A stretch of 64,000 nt of DNA. Origin: Hormiphora californensis (Eukaryota > Animalia > Ctenophora). Location of the stretch: contig CM035352.1 of the NCBI GenBank assembly GCA_020137815.1, forward strand, positions 4,340,001-4,404,000. The letters run 5' to 3'. Positions 14,124-33,899 of the stretch are shown here, piece after piece. The notes below the pieces were generated by a model that did not search any database, was not told where the DNA came from, and saw only the letters and a list, made by a program, of their open reading frames with translations. Numbering within the stretch: the first letter of the stretch is position 1; each line of letters opens with the position of its first letter. Both the position numbers and the translations under genes were made by a program.

Positions 14124-14736
14124 ATAAGGAACCATAATAAAGTTCAAGAGCGCACCCCATCCAAGAGCGTAAAGTCGGATTTTTTGAAACTGTCACCCCC
14201 CCTGGGTATTTTCAAATTTTGTAAATGACCATAAATCCGGTTCCTGACGAGATAGAGACTTGAAATTTGGAGGTTACGAAAATCTTGCTAAGTTCTTCCG
14301 AACCTCCAAATGTCAAGTCTCTATCTTATCAGGAACCGGAGATATGGCAAATTTTGTTATTTCAGGGGGGTGACAGTTTCACAAAATCCGACATTACCAC
14401 CTCCAAAAGACACCACTCCAAGAGCGCACCACATCAAAGAGAGCTCCCCATCCAGAAGATACCGCGCGCAGGGGACACCACGCGCAGAAGAGACCGCACG
14501 CGCAAATACAACGCCGCGCTGGTCTCTTCTGCGTGTGGTGTCCCCTGCGCGTGGTATCTTCTGGATGGGGAGCTCTCTTTGATGTGGTGCGCTCTTGAAG
14601 TGGTGTCTTCTGGAGGTGGTGCGCTCTTGGATGTGGTCTCTTTTGGGTATGGTGCGCTCTCAGGTGTGGTCTCTCTTCGATAGGGTGCGCTCTTGGGTGC
14701 TCTTGGAGGCTCTTGAACTTTATTATGGTTCCTTAT
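14124..14736. mobile_element. MITE with 28-bp TIRs and nested internal palindromes, between the divergent FAAH2 and MAP7-like genes
   Basis: ATAAGGAACCATAATAAAGTTCAAGAGC (14124-14151) is mirrored at 14709-14736. Internal IR pairs are ~14173-14275/14300-14393 and ~14415-14495/14520-14600. Confidence 0.75.
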
Positions 14737-15397
14737 CACGTGATCGGCGGAAAACGTGGGGCAAAGTTAAAATCTGGGTGCCTTCCATTGCTAACAATTC
14801 ATCGATTTTGGCGGTCCAGACGAGTTAGGGTCGGGTTAGGGTTTTGTTTGAGGTTATCGGTTAGTGCTATCGATTCTCTACCAGATACCGTTTAGTTTAC
14901 TCAAATCAGCCATGTGGTTGCGTGGCTATAGCCGTTTGAAAAAAGTCGGTCTTGAAAATATAAGTGTACTCTTTTTGCTAGCGCACACCTGTAAACAGGC
15001 TGCAAGGCACCTAGATAATAATCGCGCCCGACAAAGATCTGCTTGTTGAAAAGCACTGCCGAGGGAAAGTAGATTCATTTAGGCCACCTCACTGTTTTCA
15101 CGCGGAAGCCCTGCTGAGTGCGTTGTATGACTTGGAATTGTACATACTAAAACTTTTTTGTAATCTTGTAATCTATCCCGCACTGAGCTCAACTGAGGAG
15201 TCTGTAGCATATGACTAGATTGCGTACATCCCCGTAACTAACCAGAGAGGCCTGTTTAAGCGATTTTGCCCAATCTTGATTTCATAGGGGTCCCTGAAAC
15301 AGTTCAGTCACACGCACACGGGTTTGGGGCGAACAGTTGCTGGTCAATTTGCATTTAACTTGAAAAACATAACCCCTCCCTCCATGTGAGATGTAGG

Positions 15398-23630
<8,233 letters not shown>

Positions 23631-23799
23631 CAAACTAATGATAAACAGACAAACTGACAAATTGTGCGGCAGCCAACGAACATTTGAAAGACAAACAACG
23701 ACAATGACATACATCTTCTTCTGCTGGTGACACATGTGGGCGTGTTTCAGGAGATCGCGAAAGCGGATGCGAACGAGTTTACAATTGAAGCGACCTTCA

Positions 23800-23903
23800 C
23801 CGGAAGAGTCACACTTGTCGAATGTGTTGTAACCCGGAAGAGTCACACTTGTCGAATGTGTTGTAACCCGGAAGAGTCACACTTGTCCAATGTGTTGTAA
23901 CCC
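23800..23903 (+). repeat. 34-bp tandem repeat x3 just 3' of the MAP7-like gene
   Basis: CGGAAGAGTCACACTTGTCGAATGTGTTGTAACC at 23801, 23835 and 23869. Confidence 0.9.
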
Positions 23904-24716
23904 GGGAAGGATGTTGTTTGGAAGAGATGTAGGGAAGAGTTTGTGTGGCTATATAAGTGTGTGCTATAACGCGTGTTTTTTGTTATATCAATGTCGCTTG
24001 TTGTTGCCTTCCAAACTGTTACCATGGTTACCATGGTTACACAGAGAAAGGAACTCACTATAGTTTTTGTTTATGCAGCTTTCTGTTATATGCTTGTGAG
24101 AGAAGGAGTGACAGGAGAAAATGTGAATATATCTACTTGAAAAGTGAGAACAGAGTTTTATTTTCTTATAGGCGTAATAATTTTTGGTGTTTTTTTCCAA
24201 ACTTAGAGTGAGAGCGTGAGCTTGTAAAGGCGGTCCTAAACCTCTTTTTTATACGAAGTTTTTAGTGCCTTTATTTTTACACGGCCATATCTCGGCTTTA
24301 GAAAATCTAGAATATAGGAATGTTTGCCACTGATATTGTGTAAAAACTAGTCTTCTTCTCGGGGTAATTTATGAAAGGGGGTACCATGTGTTTTTTGTGC
24401 ACTCAGATATTTTGAGAAAGTGCTTCAGTGTATTTGTTTTATCAATGTTTGCTCAGACCTACAAAATGATTTCTTCTTTTGACTTTGATCACGATATCCA
24501 CCCACCCATTATATCCACCGCACCTTCGTTATTCCCTCGAGTCCCCCTCCCCTGCCCTAGTCGCTGTTTCTTGTATAGCTGATAGCAGTACTCTACTAGT
24601 ACTCATTCAGATTGGGCGCTGCAGCACAAGACAGCTATTACCCCAACATTTTTTTTGAGTCACGTGAATCGTAGAATTTTCCCAGTTTGTTTTAACATTT
24701 CCTGTTATTGACAGAT

Positions 24717-27156
24717 ATGGCTCCTGAATCGAAGTACATGGGGACCATCAAAGGACTCAACTCCAATGCACCTCCGTATGTTCTCATAACACCTAGAATC
24801 AGCTCTGTCTGGTACTTACGTTGAGTAAAGGGGTGGGGGCAATCTGGTACAACTACAAGTACATGTACCATGATCTCCCAACTCAACAAGTTAATTACAA
24901 TTAATTCCTGACTCACTTTTTAACATTTCTTCCCTCAGTCTAACCCCAGTTTCCCTCATTCAAGCCTAACCCCAGTTTCCCCTCCTCCCAGCGGGTGCAG
25001 TTTATCCTATGCTGAGATAGAGAAACTATCGGACTGCCTCCAGGATGGAACTGTTTTTGGTATTCTGTCCGAGCTAAAAGAGATCCAGGATATTATGCTG
25101 AATAATCTTCACAAGGAACGGACTAACATGGTCGCTAATTACAGCGTGAGTTGATTCCTCAGACCAGGAGGATCAGACGGCGCGAAATCGGTTCAATATC
25201 GCCAAATTGGCCGCGAAGCGTAGCGGTATCATCCGTAAGAGGCCTCCGGAGGGGGCTCGAAATTTCGCGTGCGAACACAGAGGGGTTGGGCACGTCTCGC
25301 CCCTCATGTTCGCACGACCAAATAGAGGGGCGTTTTATAGTCGCTCTTCACCTTAGAGACGCCGAGAGCAGATGGATAACGAACAGAGGGAAGAGTATGA
25401 TATGATGATAGGGGACATAAACTTTCAACCGGCAGAGGAAGAGGTGAGTGGTGGTAACTGGTACTGGGGTGTGTGAAACGGGTGTGTGGGGGTGGCATAA
25501 TCCATATTAGTAGGGTCGGTTGTGGGAAGTTGGGTCTGGAATTTTAAATTTGACTTGCTGATATGATTAGGGACTCTATAAAAAGTCCAAAGTACCATCC
25601 AACAGTTCTCTACCACCCCCGGTTCACTAATTAGTCGTAATTATGTGATTTGTGACGTTATCGCCAATTAGCACTAATAATACCAGTTCCTGGTCACTTA
25701 GAGCTTAGATTTTAATACCAGCTGATAGAGGATCACTAGATTAGTGGGCATTCAAAATTTTAGGTCGATCGGAGTTATGGTTGAGGAGTTATATCCGTTT
25801 TTCCGTTTGGCTGGCGGTTGGCTGGCACCACGTGGGATTACGGGTTTAGGTCGTCGTAGGAGGTCGTCATTGGTCGCGTTCGATCGGGCTCGATGAGGTG
25901 ATCAAAACCTAGTGGGGCCAGACCTTGGCCCCACCCCGTTCTTGGGTTATTAGGCTTTTTCGGTTTCCCGCCAAAATATTTTCCCGCCAAAACCGAAAAA
26001 GCCTAATAACCCAAGAACGGGGTGGGGCCAAGGTCTGGCCCCACTAGGTTTTGATCACCTCATCGAGCCCGATCGAACGCGACCAATGACGACCTCCCAC
26101 GACGACCTAAACCCGTAATCCCACGTGGTGCCAGCCAACCGCCAGCCAAACGGAAAAACGGTTATAACTCCGCGACCATAACTCCGATCGACCTAAAATT
26201 CTGAATGCCCACTAATCTAGTGATCCTCTATCAGCTGGTATCAAAATCTAAGCTCTAAGTGACCAGGAACTGGTATTATTAGTGCTAATTGGCGATAACG
26301 TCACAAATCACATAATTACGACTAATTAGTGAACCGGGGGTGGTAGAGAACTGTTGGATGGTACTTTGGACTTTTTATAGAGTCCCTAATCATATCAGCA
26401 AGTCAAATTTAAAATTCCAGACCCAACTTCCCACAACCGACCCTACTATATGTTCTGTAAAACACAAGTTGATGATAATGTTTGATTATTCTCATTCTGT
26501 TCTATTTTTTTTCTATACTTCCAGTTTTATGACAATAATTATACTCTAGAGGATGATTCGGAGTTTTAACGACAAAAAGAAGGCCCTGGAAACAGAAGAA
26601 TCTGATGCACTTCATAAGTATGATTTGAAAATCCTTCAGCAGCTGGACAAACAGGTAGGCTGATGTTTCTATTATTATCAAAGATGATAATTGTCTCACT
26701 CGGCCCTCAGAAAGAAAGTATGCATTTTGCTGATATGATAATTACTTTTTTATCCCATTCCTATTAGTCTTCTGGTGGATTTTGATCGATTTATCAGTTA
26801 TCTGTCTGGGGAGTGGGGGCATTAGCGCCAGTCCGCGCTAGTCTCACTAGTGCATAAAATGTCTAAATCGTAGTCGCCAGCCCTAAGATACAAAATTTAT
26901 AGGAGCCGATATTGGCTGTTCTAGACAAGAACTAGACGAGAAATGTTGGGAATGTTGGAGGGGTGCTCCCTTTCTCTCTGTTGGGTTCTCCAAATCTCTC
27001 CTTACATAACCACCTTTCTCTCAGGTTGATGACCAGCAAAACTATTTGAATGCAGCTCAAATACCTGGAATGAAGAGGACAACTGATTCTGCTGAATTGA
27101 AGCGTCAAATGTTCATTTTGACAGTCATTGACACTCTTCAAAGTACCCAAACGTGA
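24717..27156 (+). CDS. DGCR6: DGCR6 / gonadal (gdl) family protein, 5 exons, ~178 aa
   Basis: Exons 24717-24775, 24992-25145, 25357-25443, 26550-26654, 27025-27156 (537 nt, phase-consistent). LSYAEIEKLSDCLQDGTVFGILSELKEIQ and YDLKILQQLDKQVDDQQNYLNAAQIPGMKRTTDSAELKRQM match the DGCR6 blocks LSY...LLDGTVFEIV..L.EIQ and DQKIVLELDRKVADQQSTL..AGV.GF.VTTNP.EL..QM. Confidence 0.9.
25510..26446. mobile_element. ~940-bp near-perfect palindromic foldback element in DGCR6 intron 3
   Basis: TA|GTAGGGTCGGTTGTGGG...CCCACAACCGACCCTAC|TA. Arms are ~460 bp, centre ~25965-25995. Confidence 0.9.
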
Positions 27157-27481
27157 TGAACTGGTTAGAAACTTTGTTATCAGATTTATATGGGTGGGAA
27201 CTATCCAGGGCGGCTAGATTTCTGACAAACCGTGCTATCACATGTATCTTCTTATTTTAGATGCAATGAAATTTTGTTGAAGAAGTAAAAATGCAGCTGT
27301 GCTGAGTATATTTAATTTCATTTTTACCACCCCAAAAATCGCTCTATGGTACTTTTTATCCCATAATCGGAAAAAGAAGATTCCCCACAATTAATAATTG
27401 AATTACAATCTCTATAAGAAAGCAGAGGACCTCTAACTCTCATTCGAGACTTCGATAAAAACACACATGATCAATAAAAAC

Positions 27482-28041
27482 TTAGTTCGCTACGGGGGAG
27501 CAAATTTTAGTGACACTCTTAGAAGGAGGCGCTGTGACGTGTGATGTGGTTTGTAAATTGGGCACTGTAGTAATAATATCGCTCAGCTCCACATTCTGCT
27601 CTTCTTCTGTGATATCGTGCCCACCTCCAACAATTCGTTTCGTTGTGTACGTCCAGCCTCTGTGGAGCTCTTGAAAGTTGATTAGAGACCCCTGGATGTG
27701 TGAAGATAGAGACTATTAAATGTCCGCATGGTAGCTAGCTAATTAATAACAAAATTTTATGGAAAATTACAGGAGGCACTAAGTCCCTACTACGGCTCCT
27801 CTATCACAGAATACAGCTATTGTGAACACTATTTGTTCCTTACCAGTGAATGTCTGGAAATTCGCTGTATGTCGATGAGTTTCTCAACCGTAAGGACACG
27901 TTTCAGTCTTTCAAATCTCTTGTTGCAGAAGCATGCTTCCTTTAGGTTTACATTCAACAGCCATAGAAACGTGAGGAAGATAACTAAAAACAACACTGTG
28001 GAAACACAAATGAATGGGTCGTAACCAGCAACCGCACCCAT
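27482..28041 (-). CDS. Unrecognised small single-pass membrane protein, 2 exons, ~135 aa
   Basis: Exon 28041-27844 (MGAVAGYDPFICVSTVLFLVIFLTFLWLLNV...RHSL, donor GTAAGG) splices in phase 0 to 27691-27482 (GSLINFQELHRGW...CSPVAN*). There is an in-frame stop just upstream of the ATG and one hydrophobic helix. No homology recognised. Confidence 0.55.
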
Positions 28042-30451
28042 TATGCTTTATTTTCATCTTGAGAGAATTTCCTGGATCTTCTGAGATTACTCCTTCATCA
28101 ATTTTTGTTTCGGTAAACCTACCAAACCTACCTAGACCTTTTCCCCATAAATTTAACCACCTGAACCATTTTCTTTAATACTCACTTCCAATTCCCACTT
28201 CCTAGCTCAGACCTTAGTCTCTCTTAACCGACAAAAGAAGGCCGCACAACGAGTGAACCGCATGGCTCTAGATTCTATTAACGGGTGTTTTATCTAAAAG
28301 TTCATTTCTTAGTGGACCGCTTTCTCCCTTTTCCCAACCATAAATGTTCTCTCTTCGGCCCTATCACATCCTCCCTTCTTTGAAGTCTTGAAGACACTCC
28401 CACTCATACCCTATGCAGCAGTACTGCAGCAGCAGCAACGCGGGGATGTGTTAATTTGTGTAATGAACTTTTTGACAGTATTCCCAAATTGCCGGACCAT
28501 TAAAAAACCCGGCACAAGGAAAACTTATCTGAAGCGTTAATTTGTGTTATTTGTTATCGGCTCTTTCTCTCTCCGGTGGCTCCCTCTGTCTCACGTGTCT
28601 GCTGTTGTCGAGTAGACGCGGGCACCCCTACCTCTCTAGACACACCTGACCAATGATAATGGAGATAATGTCCCCTCCCCCGGGCCATTTCACATGTCCA
28701 GTGTCTGTTAAAGGAGTTAAAGCAAGACGGTGAGGAACCGTCGCGTGTTGACTCCCTGTACAAAGCATTTTAGGTTCAATTGCGTTACGCGAGACACTGT
28801 CAAGTAACTCAAGCTTTAGGCTACAATAGACATTCACATACCCTGATATAATATCGATGTTGCACAAAACACTTTGGACTTAATGTCTCACAAGTCATTA
28901 TAAGCGTGACGCGTATATATCTTTTAGGCTAACCCATCCTAACCCATCTGTCAGGCCAATGCTCTGACAGAGACCCATTGTAATTACATGTGACTCTCCT
29001 ACATTAGACTGTAACACACAAATTTTCATCAATTTGTCGAAACTCACAATCCCAATATCAGTGATATCTGCAGCTATATGAGAAGTATATGAGAATAGTC
29101 TAGATCTTGGAGTGATATATCTTGACAGTTACCCGGTCATTGTGCCTTTTTTATCTCTCTATACGAGCTCTTACTTTCAGTCCTGCTCCTACCGCTCCTT
29201 CTGCTAGCGTTGCACCTGACAGATTAGCCCCGGGAGAGGTAGAAAGGTCACCGCTAGACCATCTTCTCTCCCTTGCTGTCCGCCCTTTCAAGTCGTCCAC
29301 TCCTCCATTCTGTGTTTGCTCACGTCTAGATCCTATCACTCCCTGAATTGTTCCTAGAATCAGACTCTCTGTCACTTCACATATATCTGACTCTCTTTCT
29401 CTCTGTGTCTTTACAACAGTTTGCCGTGAATTTCTGGTGAACCGGTGTTGCTAGCCGACAGTGGTAGTATCAGAAATAAATGCGCTGTGACAGATTGTTG
29501 TGGGAGAGTTAGTGCGGGTTTAACAAAGAGTCGTGAGGGGCGGAGAGTGATCGAGAATGGGGCAGAGAGTTATCGAGAATGGGGCAGAGATTGAGTCTGC
29601 AGTTATTTTCAAAGGCTACGACTGTCTTGCCTTTATTAGGTATAGGATTTTATAGTCTCAATTCTTCATGGATTCTAGCTAGGATTTGTGACGTGTTTGC
29701 AGCAGGTGGAAACAGGGCGGTGACTGTTATTATCGCACCTCTTTGTTAGATATCTCAACACTTCCGCCCTGATCCTCCGCTGTGACGATCTGTTACATCC
29801 ACCACTTCACACCTCCCCCATCTTTAAATCAAACAATTTACCGCAACGTTAATTTTTAACTTCTTTCCTGCTTCCAAAAGGGGGCCAAATAAGGATTGCT
29901 TTTAGGTTTATGAACTATTGGTTTTGGTATTTCAAACTTTTGGAAATTCTAACGATAATTTTGGACAGTTTGGGGGGGGAAAAAAATATTTTAAAGTGAG
30001 TGAGCAAAGAGGAGGGAAAGGGGGAACCCGGGGAGGGGAGGGGAGGAAAGAGGAGGAAGATGCGGTAAGGGAAAGGGGGAGTGGGAAGAGGGGGAAAGTC
30101 CCAAAAAAAAGGGGAAGGGGGCCCAGAATTTTTTGGGAGGATGGGTCTAGGTTTTAGGAAAAAAAAAGAGTAGGTTGGGGATATTATACCACGAAGGATA
30201 TAGAGAAAGTTTTGAGTTCCTTTTTCAACTTTACTTTCCTTTATTTTAAAATGGGTTCCCTTTGCTTTCCCTTTTTGCAGTTAGGCTCAAAATTTTTTAA
30301 AAACAATGACCTTTTCCTCATTTTTTGGTAGACCTATACCCCTAATCCTTACATGGGGTAAAATTGTAAAAACACACGTTACAGAAATCTTGTTCCTGAC
30401 ACTATCTTGAGTCTGGCCGGGTTCGAGAATGAACACAATTATTTTTAAGAG

Positions 30452-30457
<6 letters not shown>

Positions 30458-30541
<84 letters not shown>
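30458..30541. repeat. (GA)n microsatellite
   Basis: Pure GA run. A (CT)n run also lies at 32209-32275. Confidence 0.95.
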
Positions 30542-30543
<2 letters not shown>

Positions 30544-32206
30544 TTATCTTCTGTTATCAAACACAGTCCCCCTTCTAACTGTTTTATCTACCTCTCCCTG
30601 CACTGTCGTCGAAGGATATATTTATGGTATTTCAGCAATTATCTCCCCAAAGTGTCCAGCCAGGGGGGGGGGGGCAGCCCCTCCCAGCTCCCTGTCTCCT
30701 GTTATACTCATGTCTGTCTCACAAAGTCTCGCAAAGTCTCTGTCTTTCTTGTCTCACAGTTCTCTGTATTTTGTTCTTCGTGTTTTAGCTCCCAATTTTA
30801 TTTTCCACTCAATATTTTATTAGTTTTTCTCCGTACCCTTGACTTTGCTGAACTCCTGTGCTTATTTAAGAACATCACGCAACACTCAAAGTGAAATAGC
30901 TATTTCAGGGGACAACCCATCTTTCTTTCTCCTCTCATTCTCCTCCTATATCTCTGTCACTCTGTCCCATTTCCCCCTCTCTCTCCCCCTCTATCTCTCT
31001 CTCTCACTCTCCTCTCTCCCTCTCATTTTGTGTGTGAGGTCCATTAGCTAGAACATTTAAATCCTGAAATTGAGTGATACCTACTAAATATCGATCTTGT
31101 TGAGTGAGGGGTGGTCCCCTGCTAAGCATGCAACTTATCCTGTACCCCCAGCTCTTTTGTTAAAGGATCACAAACAAAAGTAATTCATTATAGATTCCTT
31201 ATTCAAACTCAATTCTAATAAGTTATTTTGCCGACCAGTATAATATACCAGAACTACACGGCTCTACTATGTGTTTATGTTATAGTTCCCCTTGCAACAA
31301 CATCTGCACTTTTGCAGTAACATCGGCAGAAATGCGGAGAGAGAGAGTTGTCCGGGAGGTATAAGTACCATCTGTCGGCAAATCCGTTTGTGCATTTTTA
31401 GCCCTCCGACACCGACACGTCTCACATTTTTAGCCCCCGACACTTTATCAACCGTGGCGTGTTGATTCAATGCACGCCGTGTCCTATTTAGGGCTGTGTT
31501 GGTGAGTGTGTCACGGCCTATTTGTCCGCAGTTCTAGAACTTTCTGTTGTGATTTTCCCTCAAAATAGTGCACGTGCAGATTAGGTGCACTGTTTCTATG
31601 TGAGGTGATGATCTCACTCTGCTTGCCGGCTAATTGGACGGGTAAACATATAGAGATGTGAGCTGCTATTGTCTTATTGGTTGTGTCCATCACACTGCAC
31701 CTCTTCTTCTCTCCAACAATCACCCTACTTCCTTTTGAGTTGCTTGACACTGTGCCCGTGCTCCGATAAAAAGAAAGTATGAACAATTCAAACTTCCTTG
31801 TACTTTTCCGATCACAGAAGTACTTCTTTTGTCGTTGTGCTAGCTTCGTTCTCGATCTCTCTGTCTCCTAATGAGAAATGTGTACTTGGGGTGGATTATG
31901 CATAGAGTGACTCTGACGGAGAGAAAATATATTTCTCTTGAATGATAGATTATAGCTGTAGAAAGAGAGTGCAGTAGGCGTGAAGGAATGAGAGAGAGGA
32001 GAAAGGAGTGGAAGAGAGAAGTGAGAACTAGAGAGAGAGAAATGGAGAAAAAAAAGAAACGGAGAGAGGAAATAGCGATATTGAGAGAGGGAGAGAGAGT
32101 ACACACGGAGAAGCGCGCTTGCATTTCCGGGGGCCCTTTGAGAGTTACCGCTAAGCACGCGTTGCACCATGTTTAGTTGTATACATTTGTATTTTCTCTG
32201 TTTCGG

Positions 32207-32277
<71 letters not shown>

Positions 32278-32657
32278 CTCGGCTCACCGGTGTATAAAAG
32301 GCTCACCTGTGTATACTCTCTGTACGTGTATGAGCTTTTCATACGCGTATGAGCCTGAAGGCTCATATGCGTATAGAATTTGGCTCACCTGTGTACAAAA
32401 GGCTCATATGTGTATGGAACACTCTCTCGCCCTCCTCTCTATCTGTACATGTTTGAGCCTCAAGGCTCATATCTGTATCACTTCTAAGTAGCTGTGCTCA
32501 TACGTGTATAAATTGCTCATCTGGGTATAACAAGAGAGTTGATGCAGAGAGTTGATACAAAGGTTACTTTCTGTACGCGTATGAGCTTTTCATTACGTAA
32601 TTGAGCTTTTCACTTAAAAGGCCATACAACTTTGATTGAAGATAGACAAGATACCTT

Positions 32658-32697
32658 CCGCTGATGAAGATTACCCAAGTGTAATTGAAAGCTACGG
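32658..32697 (+). ncRNA. Minimal type-I hammerhead ribozyme motif (Penelope-like element pseudo-LTR type)
   Basis: CCG-CUGAUGA-A-GAUUAC ccaagu GUAAUU-GAAA-GC-UA-CGG. Stem I is CCG/CGG, stem II is GAUUAC/GUAAUU, and the palindromic AGCU forms a minimal stem III. Confidence 0.6.
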
Positions 32698-33117
32698 TTA
32701 ATTTTATTTCCAGTACCAACATATCTAGTGTTTACCTTGTTTAATACCTTGTAATGACTGACCACCCCAGACCCATGCGTTAGCGTCTGTCGTCTGATAA
32801 ATAATTATATGCTTCTTCTTTTGAATAATTATATGCTGCACCTTTATACAATATATTTAAATAAATATATGCTTCTTCTTTTGAATCTTATCTTGAGTCT
32901 TCTGTTTTTTCTCCTCAGATTGCTTAAACTTCTTCATTAATTTCTCTCGCAACTCTTTTTCCCGAACTTTACTCGCTTCTGCACTTTTCGCCTGATCTTC
33001 TTGGATATTGACCTTTCCAACGCTACCAAAATTAAAACCAGTTATGTATCTCATTATTATACCAAAACTAATTAGTCGCCCGGAAAGGTTACCCTATTAT
33101 TTTAGCTGCCTTAATTA

Positions 33118-33235
33118 AGACGAAGCAATATTTACCCTGTCAGTTTCACATGATGAATGCCAAGGTGGCAATTAAGCTTAATTGCCACCTTGGCATTCAT
33201 CATGTGAAACTGACAGGGTAAATATTGCTTCGTCT
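33118..33235. repeat. 118-bp perfect spacerless palindrome with degenerate outer arms (~33058-33320)
   Basis: AGACGAAGCAAT...GCAATTAAG|CTTAATTGC...ATTGCTTCGTCT, centred at 33176/33177. Confidence 0.9.
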
Positions 33236-33361
33236 CAAAAGGGAATTCTACTAGTGGCCAAGGTAACTAAAATAATTGGGCAACCTTTTCGACCTGCCAA
33301 TTTTAATTAGATTTCGTATAATTTGCATCATTTTTGGAATTTTTGTCCATGAAAATAAGTA

Positions 33362-33533
33362 CAGTCGGACCCCGATTTACCGGGATTCTCGGGGGAAAGG
33401 GTTTTGCCCGATAAATCGGGGTGCCCGGTATATCGGGGTCAAATACCGTTAATTTCCTATATCGGGGGAATTTTATCCTCCCGGTAAATCGGGGTTCCGG
33501 TAAATCGGGGCCCGGTAAATCGGGGTCCGACTG
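33362..33533. mobile_element. pogo/Tigger-like MITE (CAGTCGGACCCCGATTTA termini, TA TSD)
   Basis: TA|CAGTCGGACCCCGATTTACCGG...CCGGTAAATCGGGGTCCGACTG|TA. Confidence 0.88.
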
Positions 33534-33899
33534 TATAACTGGTATCTATTTTTATCTCTTTGCTTCTATCTGCCCGGGCATGCCCCCTTTTATTATTTGT
33601 TTAATTAAAATTTGTGTGTCAAAATGTGTGTGTAATAGTGTAGAGACGGTGTCTGAAGTGACAAGGGCCCCTAATACCAAAAACCATCAAGAAAATAAAG
33701 CACCTATCATTTGACAACAGAGCACACACGTTGCCATTCTACAGCAGAGAACAAAACAAGCGCCCATTATTAAGCTCCCAAAATGAGGGCTGCCCTAAGG
33801 GACATAGCTATCAAGTTCCCGGGTGTGTGTTATAAAAAACAAGTTCCCGTTGTGCCGGGCCAGGGAACGAGATTTTTGAACCCTGTATGGTCTTTTTAG

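Noticed and set aside
23800-23903. 34-bp repeats as a CRISPR-like array
   Set aside because: The repeats are head-to-tail with no spacers, there are no cas genes, and the context is eukaryotic.
29175-29342. Exon-like open stretch on the minus strand (GVIGSRREQ...GAGLK|GTAAGA)
   Set aside because: It has good splice signals but could not be joined in frame to neighbouring candidates (28757-28632 gives a stop). It may be UTR or non-coding.
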